This document shows positions 61,941 through 64,000 of a DNA stretch of 64,000 nucleotides, one piece after another. How positions within the stretch are numbered: position 1 is the first letter of the stretch; the number at the start of each line of letters is the position of its first letter. The notes below the pieces were generated by a model that was not told the DNA's origin, made no database searches, and worked only from the letters and a program-made list of their open reading frames with translations. The translations under genes were made by a program, and so were the position numbers. This stretch comes from Eledone cirrhosa. Lineage: Eukaryota. The DNA is taken from assembly GCA_964016885.1 (NCBI GenBank), contig OZ024745.1, forward strand, positions 93,000,001-93,064,000, written 5' to 3'.

Positions 61941-62635
61941 GTCAACTTTCTGCTTGTTGGAATAAACAATTAAATTGCTTCTTCTATCGTTCCATTATAT
62001 CACTGGTTCACCTTGTATTGCCAGTGATAAATGGAAGACAATTAATTGCAGTGGGATTTGAACATAGATTACTGGGAGAAAAAAAGTTATAAAACATTTA
62101 GAGCAATACTCTTATTTCTCTTCTAATTTTGCTGTAATGAGTCATTATCAATACTAAATTCAATATCATCATCATTTTAATATCCATTTATTTGCATTGG
62201 CATGAGTTAAATGGATCATCTTATAGATGACATATCATGACTCATCTCAATCCTTTGTCTTCTTGATCCATAAGACCAAACATCTTAAGTTCTGACTTGA
62301 ACAATTGTCATCACTTATAAACTGTGAGCCATATTAATCAAGTTTCTCTTTATTCCGAGTGGACAAACTTTTGCCTTTTACATATTAATCAAGCTCTACT
62401 GTATTCCATTTTGATCTTAACACACATGCATCATACATTTGAAACTAGCTCATCTTTGAGTATCCTTGCCATGTTTGCCACTACCTGAGGAGGAGGAGAA
62501 GAATGTGTGGGAATTGTTGCACAGAAACACCTATTTTATAAACAAGAGTAGTCAAATGTTGCCGCCTCTATGTGGTAGTTTGACTTGTTAGAAATAGCAG
62601 CCAAATCTCCCTTAAATTACTCCATAGTATCTTAA

Positions 62636-62868
62636 CCCTTTCATTAACATATTTCTAATGAAAGGCACTGCCTATAATTTTTAAATCATTTTGAAAATAA
62701 TCAAGAATTTGAAAGGATTTACAAATATAACTAACTATCTCATTGATTAAGTTGGTGTTTAGAGCATAATTTAATAAAGGGTTTTACATAAAATTATATT
62801 GGAAGGATTTTAGATAAACATAAGCAGCTTTGTATCATAGAATCAGGGGCAGTTTGGAATGAAAAGAG
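62636..62868. mobile_element. piggyBac-type MITE (second family), with a degenerate relative at ~63280-63490
   Basis: TTAA-ccctttca ... gaaaagag-TTAA; shared ttaacatatttct..ttttgaa.ataatcaagaattt with 63285-63345. Confidence 0.6.
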
Positions 62869-64000
62869 TTAAAAAACAAAGGGACATGTTAGATGATATA
62901 GCTTGGAGTATATCAGAATTTTTATAAAAACTGTAAACATAACCATCCCAGTATCTGATGGGAAGTTTCAGACAGACCAAACCATTAGTAATGATTTGGT
63001 GAACATGATGGAACATTACAGCCCGTTAGTCATAGTCAGCAGCTTTGTCATCATCATCATCATCAACATCATCACAATCATCATCGTCACCACCACCACC
63101 ATTGTCATCATCATCATCATGGATCAGATGATTCTAGAAATATTCAGTGTCTGTAAGAATCAATGACATCATTAGTTTTAACTTTCTCAACTCCAATTTC
63201 CAATCATATTGCCATCATTAATCAAATAATTAATAGTCACTTTCTTCCTAATTTCTAATAAGAAATTTCAACTTTTCTTTTCCCTTAACATATTTCTCAT
63301 GAAAGACATGATTTTCAAATAATTTTGAATATAATCAAGAATTTTTCAGTATTAAGCAGTTGTTTGGAACATAACTTCAAATAAAAAATCTTCTTACATA
63401 AGCTTCTTTAGATAAATATAAACAGTTGAAAACAAACAATTTTGTATCTTATAGAACCAGGTATGGTTTCAGGTTGTTTAGTATTAAAAGATTTTCATGT
63501 CAAATTGACATTGACACTTCATATGAAATATTTTGTTCATATAATAGCATTTCAAAAAAAACAAAACAAATGGTTTTACCCTCTGAAGCTGAAGCTGCCA
63601 TTAAATGAAAGGCTGGGAAGAATTCTATTGAAAGACCTAGTCTACAGTAAAATGATAGTGTGAAATTTATTTTATTCTAAAACATTATGTATTTATTTTT
63701 TCTATTCTATTTTATGTTACTAACATTAGTTGCAGACTTCAAAGACAAGTTTTGTTAAATAATTTTTCTCTTCTGTTTTAATTTGGAATTTTATAAAACT
63801 GTATATTATTAAGAAATCAATAATTTTGATGCAAGAAATCAATTGTAAAGTATATATGGATACAATACTGTCGATAAATTTGTGGATATTTGTTATATGA
63901 GTTAATTGTAATAATAATAAATAAATGAATATATAAAACTAAAATACAATATAAAACTGAAAAACAAAACAACAATTTGGTTTTAATTTCAGAATTTAAC

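Noticed and set aside
62900-64000. Short ORFs near the window end as host exons
   Set aside because: Low-complexity (CAT)n or MITE-derived; no recognisable protein motif.

Overview
AT-rich, gene-free eukaryotic repeat DNA. The SINE, RTE and TTAA-MITE families resemble Octopus repeats; this comes from recall and was not database-checked. About 58% of the window (12597-49766) is one 24-bp satellite (ACTACTACCACACATACTACACT[A/G], about 1,550 units). It has kb-scale internal duplications and a single micro-inversion propagated to 5 sites. The flanks hold (TA)n/(CA)n tracts, one near-full-length but inactivated RTE LINE (APE + RT + C4HC3 finger), many truncated RTE copies, a 5'-truncated Penelope-like element (GIY-YIG), a non-autonomous Helitron, piggyBac-type MITEs, fold-backs and tRNA-derived SINEs. 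Most notable: two well-formed type I hammerhead ribozymes (820-882 +, 8970-9040 -), one core-variant candidate and two degenerate ones, mostly in short islands within (TA)n tracts, and a 27-bp minisatellite made by amplifying a SINE Pol III A-box. No host protein-coding exon is supported. Nearly all ORF-track entries are repeat artefacts.
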